DNA of 64,000 bases from Octopus sinensis (Eukaryota), in the NCBI RefSeq assembly GCF_006345805.1, contig NC_043015.1:26846001-26910000 (forward strand), given 5' to 3'. Below are positions 13,621 to 24,200 of the stretch, one piece after another. Positions within the stretch are counted from its first letter, which is position 1, and every line of letters starts with the position of its first letter. The translations under genes were made by a program, and so were the position numbers. The notes beneath the pieces are model-generated. The model was given only the letters and a program-made list of their open reading frames with translations. It was not told the origin of the DNA and did no database searches.

Positions 13621-14399
13621 CTAGTTGTACCCCAATAATTTGACCCAACTAAAACAAGTATTTGACTTGATTCGCAATGGCGACAAATCAACGAGGAAAG
13701 GACCTCATCCCACAATGTAAAAGCAAACAAATAAATAAAACAAAGAATCAAGTAGGCACCAGACGGAATTCTATGGGTAGGGGTGGCCTCTGTTTTATAG
13801 AGGAACAAAAATAATAGCGATATCAATGGTTTTTGGACTCGTTGGAGAGATTAGCACTGTCATTGTCATATCGTTAGAAATGCACAATTGATTTCATGTA
13901 ATCATCATCATCGTCATCATCATTATCATCAACATCATCAACATTATCATCATTATCACCGGCATCATCATCATCATTATCACCACCACCACCACCACAA
14001 CCATCATTGCCATCATCATCATCATTATTATATTTTATATGGGCTTGCCTTTTGTGTTTTAAATTGTATATTTTATTATTGTCATTGTTTTTTGTTTTTT
14101 ATGCCTTATCTGTTTTAAAAATCTGTTTAAAGCTATTTTCCTGTCTGGGAATTTCATGTTACAGTTGTTGTTGTTGTTGTTGTTCCTTGTTTTTTGTTTG
14201 TTGTTTTGTTGTTTGTTGCTGCTGCTGCTGTTGCGAATATTTATTTTCTTTTTATTGCTGCTGCTCTTTCAGCACCAGCTCCATCTTCGACAAACAGACA
14301 TGTGATCAAATAAGTTCCAGCCGTAACCATCCCCTCTTGTGTGTATATTTAGTACTACATTGAGGAATTCATTTCTCCTGCTTCACCACTCGATCCTCA

Positions 14400-14790
14400 G
14401 CCAAACCTGCTTTCTTCAAATCGGTCTTCGTGCCTTTCCTTATCTATGGCCACGAATGTTCGCTAAAGCAGCCAAAATGAGGATCCTCCGAATGGCTCCT
14501 AGTGAAACGTTACACGAGAGTCTCTTCAGGTTGAACTAATCCTTTTTTTAAACTGAGAACTCAAAGCTCCGTTATTATGGACAGATTCATGAAATGTTGG
14601 AAAGAGCCTCAATACAGATTCTTCAAGTCAACCCAACCAGCAGAAGAACGGGCGGTAGACCAAAAGCAAGGTGGTTAGATAATATCCATAGACTTAGTCT
14701 TGGTAATCGATCTCGCAAGTATAACGACGGTTGCATTTGATACAATGGAGGAGGTTGTTTAGGACTTTACACCACAGGCAGCCCATCTCC
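14400..14790 (+). mobile_element. Degraded RTE-clade LINE 3' fragment
   Basis: Peptides FKSVFVPFLIYGHE and LRYYGQI..RRTGGRPKARWLDNI resemble the RTE C-terminus. Confidence 0.55.
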
Positions 14791-15132
14791 GCCCAAGAAT
14801 TGTGGCCAGCACAAAAGAATTTATTGAGTATATATCTTCTGGTTTTTGTCTGTTTTATGTGATATAAGAGAAACTTGCCTGCTATTTCTACGGCTTGAAG
14901 CGACCATTTAGCATCTCCATATTTGACTCACATTTGCTTGCCTGTACACTGATTTCATTAAAAAAATATTTCTTAAAACTCACTTTGTTTTTGTTTTGTT
15001 TTCAATAAATCCGTGAATTTTCAACTTTGCCCTTTCGTCGTTTATTCAAAGCGTTGGACATCACGTGACATTTCGAGAGTCTGATTGTCACGACATACGG
15101 CGGCAAACGGTGCTACCAACAACAGCCAGCAG

Positions 15133-15185
<53 letters not shown>

Positions 15186-16544
15186 TGTTGTTGTTGTTGT
15201 TGTTGTTGCTGTTGTTATAGTTGTGCTTTGTCAATAAACTCTTTCGAAACGAGTAAAAAGCTGACTGATGTCTCATAACGAGCATCAAGTTTTCCTTAAC
15301 TCATGTTTGTTTAATCTTGAACGAATTTCATTGGTAGTACTTTGAGAAGACCATGTTCTCAACATACACACACGCACTGAATGAATTTCACTTCATTATT
15401 GTTATTAACCAATTACATAATTAACTGTTTAATTGATTCGCTCAGATTTTCCCGGCAAACATAGTGACCATATAACGACGATCCCTCCCCACCCCTTCGC
15501 TGTTTATTGTTCGATATTTTACAGGATGACCATCCCGAAGTACAAAATCCCTTCTTGCGACACAACATAACAGATCGACAATCATTTCAACCAAATATAA
15601 AAACCGAATTATTCTGTAATATATTTTCTTTAAAATATTTTTGCACAGATCAAATGTGTTTGGGATTACTGAAGGTCGCTAATGATTTCCTGTAAAGCTG
15701 GAAGCATTTATTGTCACCTTCCCTACTAACAAATACCAGAAATCCAATTAGGCTTTTAAAATATTTTTGTTATAATTAATTCTTGATTTAATGAAATGAC
15801 CGCTTCTGGTTTTGGGAATTGTTTTAGTCTGTTATTCTTCTATTCCAAAATGAAATGATGTTAATCGTTTGTAAAAAATGTTTTCAATGTAGACTATAAT
15901 GGCACAGATATCAAACTAGTGAGATTTTAAAATAAGTATTAAAAAATTCTTCGGGATCAAATGGCAGGATTTTCTAAGAAATGAAGTAATTCGAGACAAA
16001 ACTAAAATGCGATTCGTAGATAAAGAAATCCGGAAGGGTAGATGGTGTTAAATAGGCCACATAATTTGATGCCAGCATGAAACTCAACTAACATATCTAT
16101 CAATGAAACTAACAGTCCAAAGAAAAACACAGACTTCTTTGGCTGAGACAATGCAGAAAACAAGAGAGCATCACAAATGGAAAGAGGCAGAAACGGAGGT
16201 ACAGAGGAGACAAGGGGAGTTAGAATATATATAGAGGAAGTAACAGTATATATACATATATATTGTACGTTACATAACAATATAGAGGTGCTCCTATGTA
16301 TATGTTTAATGAAAGGTGAGTCCATTTTGAAAAGCAAGAATGCTACAGAATCAGTTTGAGTCGCCTGTGAATATCTACGCCTTCTACATCATACGCTGGT
16401 GATCTAGCAATAAGAATTAGTTTTGAATTTCGTTTGAAATGAAATTTCTGAAAACATTGATATGTATACACACACGCACGCACAACATACACATACACAC
16501 ACAGACATACACGCCCACACTCATGCACACACACATGTTTATTG

Positions 16545-16880
16545 ACTATCTTTAAAATGGCCATATCATCAATGGATAGTGTTATGCGAACTTGGTGAGG
16601 CAGTTACGAAAGGCTATCAATCCCAAACGCCCCGGAAAACTGACGAAAGACTTGTTTCATCAGGATAATGCTCCCGTACACACGTCCTCGGTTTGTGATT
16701 GACGTTTGAACGGGTTGATCATCCTCCCTATTCTCCTGGTTTGGTCCCAACTGCCTTTCATCTGTTCCACAATATGGAAAAACATTTGGCTCCAAAACAG
16801 TATCGCAGTGGTAATGATGTCATATCTGCTGGTGATGACTTTTTGACCAGTTACATTTAAAGACTTCTTTGAACAGTCAG
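16545..16880 (+). mobile_element. Mariner (DD34D-type) transposase fragment
   Basis: Peptides RQLRKAINPKRPGKLTKDLFHQDNAPVH and DHPPYSPGL..FHLFHNMEKHL. Confidence 0.8.
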
Positions 16881-17023
16881 ATATCAGTTTCCCTGGAAAA
16901 AACAATGCAATTAATAAGAAGAAGAATTGGAATTAATGCGTCACTCGTTCATAGTCAACCTGAACTGTTCAGCCACACACTCGTGTACATCTTTCTCCAT
17001 GTGATCGGCTTGAAAAACTGTTC

Positions 17024-19070
17024 AGACACTAGGATATTTTCCTACTTTTCTTAACACGAAACCAACGGTGGCCTTAACTGACAAATAAAGAAATTATATC
17101 CACCAGTGAGGTGTTGAGCATTCATTTCCATCGTTCGACATTTACGTATCAAATCTTCCGACGTCAACAAACATAATAGATAATATAATACGACATATTA
17201 GAGCACACTCAAATCTTATCAAATGGATATGCATTAATGCAATAATTGAAAGGTTTAAGAAAACAGAAGATAAACCCAAATACAAATTCATACAATTCGA
17301 TATCATAGAGAGTTCTACCCCTCGATCTCCAAAAGCTTGCTTCAGAAAGCACTTGAAATTAGTAAAACTTACGTCACTATAACAAATACTGATATAGATA
17401 TAATCATGAACGAAAGGAATTATCTTTCATGATAATTCTTAGTGGGTAGAAAATAATGGAGACGAGTTATTTGACTTAGTAATGGGGAGCTATGACGGTA
17501 CAGAGATAGCTGACCTTTATATCGTAGATACCCTTAAAAAAGATAGATTCGTATTGTGACAATGGCCTGGAAGTAGTACACAATAAAAATTGACATGATA
17601 TAGATAGAATAAGGAAACAAATTATGCAAGGTATTTCGTCAATTAGGTCTAATAGCCACGATTAGTACAAACCTTAGAGAAGCCAACCTCCTAGACATTA
17701 ACATGATTCTTAACACAGGAATATTTAAACCCTACCATAAACAAAACGAGAAAGCATCGTACATAGACATAGGTTCCAACCACCCACCAGCAGTAATTAA
17801 ACAAATAGTTAACAACATCAGCAGGCGTGTCGCCAATTTATCCGTTGACAAAATCACTTTCGAAAAGCCGTCCCATATTATAATGCTGTATTAGAAAGGT
17901 CCAGCTTCAAGAAAAACATACACTGCACTGAAACGAATTTAAATAGAAAAAGAAGACATAAACAGATGAAAATCTTATGGTTCAACGTACCTTATAACAT
18001 GAATATAGCCACTAAGATAGGAAATTCTTAAGACTAATAGACAACCATTTTTCAGATTCACACAAATACCATGATATCTTCAATAGAAATACTATTAAAG
18101 CTAGCTATAGTTGCCTCCCCAATATTGGGTCCATAATACTCAATCGCAATAAACATAAACACACCAGAAACACCCCGAAAGACATTGCAACTGTAGATCC
18201 CTAAACCGCTGCCCTCTAAACAAAAACGTCTCGAGATCACAAACCCCAACGGAATAGCAAAAATGTATATCGGAATTACGGGCAACTTATTCAAGCAAAG
18301 ATATACATAATATCTGATGTCATTCAGAGACAAAAACAAAAACATGCTACATCCCTGTGAAATATGATATGAACATTGAAAGAAGGTGGATAAAGCAACA
18401 CACAGATATAATGGAAAATCATTGCTAAAGCGAAAAAATACAGATGACGGAGTACTAAATGTGAGCTCTGTGTTACTGAAAAATTAAGCATTATACAATC
18501 AACAGATAACACTCTAAACATTAGAGATGAAACCTCCTCTCCCGGCATACACAAACAATATTTTACGCGCAAATATTTCAAAGGAGAGCCCCTATATGTG
18601 AGGGTAGGCCTACCAAGATAGCCAATATCCTAAACGTGAATACACATAACACACAAACTTCACACAAAGAAGAAATATGCTCCAATGAGAAAATACGTCA
18701 GCACACAAGTATTAAAAAATCATACCCAGAATAAAAGCAATAAAATGCAAGCAAATAGATCACAAAAAATTTGCCCAAAAGACTAACTAAAGGGAAACAA
18801 ACATCCAAAAGATGCCACTCAAGAGTAACGTCCCTTAAGTTATTGTTTTATTTACGCGAATTTACGAGAAACCCATGAACGAAGTGAGACTGTTTTCCAA
18901 AATGGAGGCGAACAACTTTCGCTATTTCATCGGATTGTACGTTTGTTAAGACACTAGGATATTTTCCTACTTTTCTTAACATGAAACCAGTGGTAATCTT
19001 AATTCTCAAATAAAGAAATTATATCCACCAGTACGGTGTTGAGCATTCATGTCCATCGTTCGACGTTTAC

Positions 19071-19072
<2 letters not shown>
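17024..19072 (+). repeat. Pair of diverged 124-bp direct repeats (17024-17147, 18949-19072) flanking the Penelope-like element (possible pLTRs)
   Basis: agacactaggatattttcctacttttcttaac...gttgagcattcat..ccatcgttcgac.tttacgt occurs at both positions. Confidence 0.75.
17230..18600 (+). mobile_element. Degraded Penelope-like element (RT followed by GIY-YIG endonuclease; Naiad/Chlamys-like signature)
   Basis: Peptides QFDII.FYPSIS, MGSYDGTEIAD, YIDIGSNHPPAVIKQI, ILWFNVPYN, KMYIGITGNLFKQRY, WKIIAKA..CELCVTEKL. Many stops. Clade assignment is from remembered motifs only. Confidence 0.8.
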
Positions 19073-19125
<53 letters not shown>

Positions 19126-19204
19126 CATACATACATGTAAATCTATGTACAAATATGCATATATGTACATATATATTTACATGTGTATATATTCTCTTGT
19201 ATTC

Positions 19205-19264
<60 letters not shown>

Positions 19265-19271
<7 letters not shown>

Positions 19272-19380
19272 AGAGAGTGAGCTGATGTGCGGCATAAACA
19301 TATTATAAACAAATCATTCGTGCAGGTAGTTCGGCAATAGCTGAATGCTTATATTAGTCTTCGATGGGAGAGTCCATCAT
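19265..19380. mobile_element. ~116-bp MITE-like element in a TA tract, copy 1
   Basis: 8-bp terminal inverted repeat atgatgga...tccatcat with TA flanks. Near-identical copy at 20034-20150. Confidence 0.55.
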
Positions 19381-19395
19381 ATATAATATATATAT

Positions 19396-19427
<32 letters not shown>

Positions 19428-19461
19428 ATTATTCATATATCCATATGTATATATATTTATG

Positions 19462-19552
<91 letters not shown>

Positions 19553-19590
19553 AGCAAGCTATGTCTTAAACCTAAAGTAAATTGTAGATT

Positions 19591-19644
19591 TCCCTGAAGA
19601 GAAATGACACCTTATTGATTAAATTTCGAAATCATGTGATAGGG
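19591..19644 (+). ncRNA. Type I hammerhead ribozyme motif
   Basis: tcc-CTGAAGA-GAAAT..ATTTC-GAAA-tcatgtg-ATA-ggg: 5-bp helix II with G-C closing pair, near-palindromic helix III, 3-bp helix I (one G.U pair). Confidence 0.55.
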
Positions 19645-19929
19645 TCTTAACAAATTACTTCATTCTCTGAGTTTTATCTCGATGGATAAAAATGTGGCTT
19701 CCCACTTGCAGTCCCTTGAACTTGTGATGAATTTGTTGATTTTGTGTGGTTATTTAAGTTATATATTTTAGGTCCTATTTCTAGCAATTGTAGGTGTTAT
19801 TTACACCCTCCTTTATGTATTCTACATTTTTGGTTCTTAAATACTATAGCCGGCAATATTATATTGCATTTGATATCTTGTAATATATTAATTTATCGTT
19901 AATATATACTCTTGTATTCATATATATAT

Positions 19930-19976
<47 letters not shown>

Positions 19977-19978
19977 TA

Positions 19979-20033
<55 letters not shown>

Positions 20034-20035
<2 letters not shown>

Positions 20036-20150
20036 GATGGAGAGAGTGAGCTGATGTGCGGCATAAACATGTTATAAACAAATCAGTCGTGCAGGTAGTT
20101 CGGCAAAACCTGAATGCTTATATTTCGTCTTCGATGGGAGAGTCCATCAT
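20034..20150. mobile_element. ~117-bp MITE-like element in a TA tract, copy 2
   Basis: Same terminal inverted repeats and body as 19265-19380. Confidence 0.55.
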
Positions 20151-20153
20151 ATA

Positions 20154-20238
<85 letters not shown>

Positions 20239-20486
20239 TTTGAGGAAATATTAATCCAAACATAGAGAGAAAAAAATTCAGTTGAGAAATCAAATTTCAC
20301 ACAATATGTTATATATATATATAAAAATTAGAAAAAAACACCTTTTATCAATTCAAAATGAACAATTAAATTACACCATCTAGAAAATTACATATAATGG
20401 AAATATTAAGATCAAAATAACAATAAAATACCAATGATTAAGTAAATTGCAAAAAAAATATATAAAAACGTATATAATTGGTAGAA

Positions 20487-20586
20487 TAATGATACGTGTT
20501 TCGTGGCTGTATTTAAGAAATGATTATAGTAAAAAAATTAATAGTAGTAGTAAAATCACTTCGATATAAATATAGACATCAGGTTA
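20487..20586 (-). ncRNA. Degenerate hammerhead motif (inverted paralog of 29314-29417, core broken by a small deletion)
   Basis: Minus strand reads taac-CTGATG[deletion]tctatattt...aaatacagccac-GAAAC-acgt-ATC. Confidence 0.5.
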
Positions 20587-20718
20587 AAAATAAACTAGAA
20601 TAATAAAATAAATTAATAAATATACTTTAACATATATATATATATATATGTAGGTCCCGGGTTGATTCGGGGTTAACCACAATAAATAAGGTACTCAATA
20701 CATAGCAGAGTAAAATTA

Positions 20719-20883
20719 ATTTATTATATAGAAGGAGCTTCTACAGGACTAGAACTGTTTCATTCAAGAGAAATCTTCAGGAGCTAGTTAACAAGAATTG
20801 TATTTCTTGTTAACTAGCTTCCTGAAGATTTCTCTTGAATGAAACAGTTCTAGTCCTGTAGAAGCTCCTTCTATATAATAAAT
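20719..20883. repeat. Near-perfect inverted repeat (~79-bp arms, ~6-nt loop)
   Basis: atttattatatagaaggagcttctacagg...acaagaa paired with ttcttgt...cctgtagaagctccttctatataataaat; one 1-nt indel. Confidence 0.92.
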
Positions 20884-21259
20884 ATATATATATATATATA
20901 AGATACTAATATACATCAAGTGAAAACTAAAACAATACTTAAATCATTAAATACTTTAAAAGTAATTAATATACAAAGTGCTGGTACAAGTCATTAAATT
21001 GTAATAAAAATAAGAAATGGTTCTAATATAGACAAACTCATTAAATAAGCTAACTATATAATTAATATACATGTGTAGTATCTATAGATTTAATATATCA
21101 ATCTATAATATAGTTGACTAAATATCAATTAATATAATACGTAATTATCTTAAAATTTAATACTACATAATAAATATACCACCTAATAATTATATAATAT
21201 ATTGTCTAACAAAATTAATTATCAAAGTAAATTAAATGTAATACGTTAGATCCCTTATA

Positions 21260-21290
<31 letters not shown>

Positions 21291-21291
<1 letters not shown>

Positions 21292-24200
21292 ATTATTACA
21301 TTATATAAAAGGGCTTAGTAAAATAAATTACTTTGCCGCATACTGAACTCATTAGAAATAGCAGCCAAAAAAAAAAAAAAAACTTTTTTAAAAACTATTT
21401 CTAATACTTAAAGAAAACCTCTCTCATATAGTGTTTGCTCAATTCAACTCACGCAAATATGGGGGTAGAGACATTAAAAAATCAAGTGCAAAGGTTATTT
21501 GAGAACGTACGTTTCAAGATTAGTCAAAGTCGACATTTCTATCATCAGCTCAGAACTCCCTGGTTGGATTTGAAAACACTGAAAGTGGGAGCATACCCTT
21601 TCGGCTTCCTCTCGCTTCTGAAGATCTGCTCGTAACTAACAGTGCCAACAAACTCAAAAATGCAAGCGAAGAATTTCTGCTCTCCCCTTTCCACCAGCGT
21701 GGGCTAAAATCAGTAAACACTATGCTTTTTTCGGTAAAATCCGCGGCATTATATAGAGAGAGATGAATTATAATTTCAACAATTGAGGGTAAAATTAATT
21801 AATTAATCAATTTCACCAAGTATTCAGTATGCAAAGGGACCATTTAAGGCGAATTCAAATTATTACATTATATAAAAGGGCTTAGTAAAATAAATTACTT
21901 TGCCGCATACTGAACTCATTAGAAATAGCAGCCAAAAAAAACTTTTTTAAAACTATTTCTAATACTTAAAGAAAACCTCTCTCATATAGTGTTTGCTCAA
22001 CTCAACTCACGCAAATATGGGGGTAGAGACATTAAAAAATCAAGTGCAAAGGTTATTTGAGAACGTACGTTTCAAGATTAGTCAAAGTCGACATTTCTAT
22101 CATCAGCTCAGAACTCCCTGGTTTGGATTTGAAAACACTGAAAGTGGGAGCATACCCTTTCGGCTTCCTCTCGCTTCTGAAGATCTGCTCGTAACTAACA
22201 GTGCCAACAAACTCAAAAATGCAAGCGAAGAATTTCTGCTCTCCCCTTTCCACCAGCGTGGGCTAAAATCAGTAAACACTATGCTTTTTTCGGTAAAATC
22301 CGCGGCATTATAGAGAGAGAGATGAATTATAATTTCAACAATTGAGGGTAAAATTAATTAATTAATCAATTTCACCAAGTATTCAGTATGCAAAGGGACC
22401 ATTTAAGGCGAATTCAAATTATTACATTATATAAAAGGGCTTAGTAAAATAAATTACTTGCCGCATACTGAACTGATTAGAAATAGCAGCCAAAAAAAAC
22501 TTTTTTAAAACTATTTCTAATACTTAAAGAAAACCTCTCTCATATAGTGTTTGTTTTGCTCAATTCAACTCACGCAAATATGGGGGTAGAGACATTAAAA
22601 AATCAAGTGCAAAGGTTATTTGAGAACGTACGTTTCAAGATTAGTCAAAGTCGACATTTCTATCATCAGCTCAGAACTCCCTGGTTTGGATTTGAAAACA
22701 CTGAAAGTGGGAGCATACCCTTTCGGCTTCCTCTCGCTTCTGAAGATCTGCTCGTAACTAACAGTGCCAACAAACTCAAAAATGCAAGCGAAGAATTTCT
22801 GCTCTCCCCTTTCCAACAGCGTGGGCTAAAATCAGTAAACACTATGCTTTTTTCGGTAAAATCCGCGGCATTATATAGAGAGAGATGAATTATAATTTCA
22901 ACAATTGAGGGTAAAATTAATTAATTAATCAATTTCACCAAGTATTCTGTATGCAAAGGGACCATTTAAGGCGAATTCAAATTATTACATTATATAAAAG
23001 GGCTTAGTAAAATAAATTACTTTGCCGCATACTGAACTCATTAGAAATAGCAGCCAAAAAAAACTTTTTTAAAACTATTTCTAATACTTAAAGAAAACCT
23101 CTCTCATATAGTGTTTGCTCAATTCAACTCACGCAAATATGGGGGTAGAGACATTAAAAAATCAAGTGCAAAGGTTATTTGAGAACGTACGTTTCAAGAT
23201 TAGTCAAAGTCGACATTTCTATCATCAGCTCAGAACTCCCTGGTTGGATTTGAAAACACTGAAAGTGGGAGCATACCCTTTCGGCTTCCTCTCGCTTCTG
23301 AAGATCTGCTCGTAACTAACAGTGCCAACAAACTCAAAAATGCAAGCGAAGAATTTCTGCTCTCCCCTTTCCACCAGCGTGGGCTAAAATCAGTAAACAC
23401 TATGCTTTTTTCGGTAAAATCCGCGGCATTATATAGAGAGAGATGAATTATAATTTCAACAATTGAGGGTAAAATAATTAATTAATCAATTTCACCAAGT
23501 ATTCAGTATGCAAAGGGACCATTTAAGGCGAATTCAAATTATTACATATATAAAAGGGCTTAGTAAAAAATTACTTTGCCGCATACTGAACTCATTAGAA
23601 ATAGCAGCCAAAAAAAACTTTTTTAAAAACTATTTCTAATACTTAAAGAAAACCTCTCTCATATAGTGTTTGCTCATTCAACTCACGCAAATATGGGGGT
23701 AGAGACATTAAAAAATCAAGTGCAAAGGTTATTTGAGAACGTACGTTTCAAGATTAGTCAAAGTCGACATTTCTATCATCAGCTCAGAACTCCCTGGTTT
23801 GATTTGAAAACACTGAAAGTGGGAGCATACCCTTTCGGCTTCCTCTCGCTTCTGAAGATCTGCTCGTAACTAACAGTGCCAAAAACTCAAAAATGCAAGC
23901 GAAGAATTTCTGCTTCCCCTTTCCAACAGCGTGGGCTAAAATCAGTAAACACTATGCTTTTTTCGGTAAAATCCGCGGCATTATATAGAGAGAGATGAAT
24001 TATAATTTCAACAATTGAGGGTAAAATTAATTAATTAATCAATTTCACCAAGTATTCTGTATGCAAAGGGACCATTTAAGGCGAATTCAAATTATTACAT
24101 TATATAAAAGGGCTTAGTAAAATAAATTACTTTGCCGCATACTGAACTCATTAGAAATAGCAGCCAAAAAAAAACTTTTTTAAAACTATTTCTAATACTT

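Noticed and set aside
18430-18470. In-frame TGA in the Penelope GIY-YIG region as a possible selenocysteine
   Set aside because: The element has many other stops and frameshifts and I see no SECIS; ordinary decay is the simpler explanation.
18780-18840. caaaagatgccactcaagagtaacgtc as a decayed pLTR hammerhead
   Set aside because: Too many core mismatches to support.
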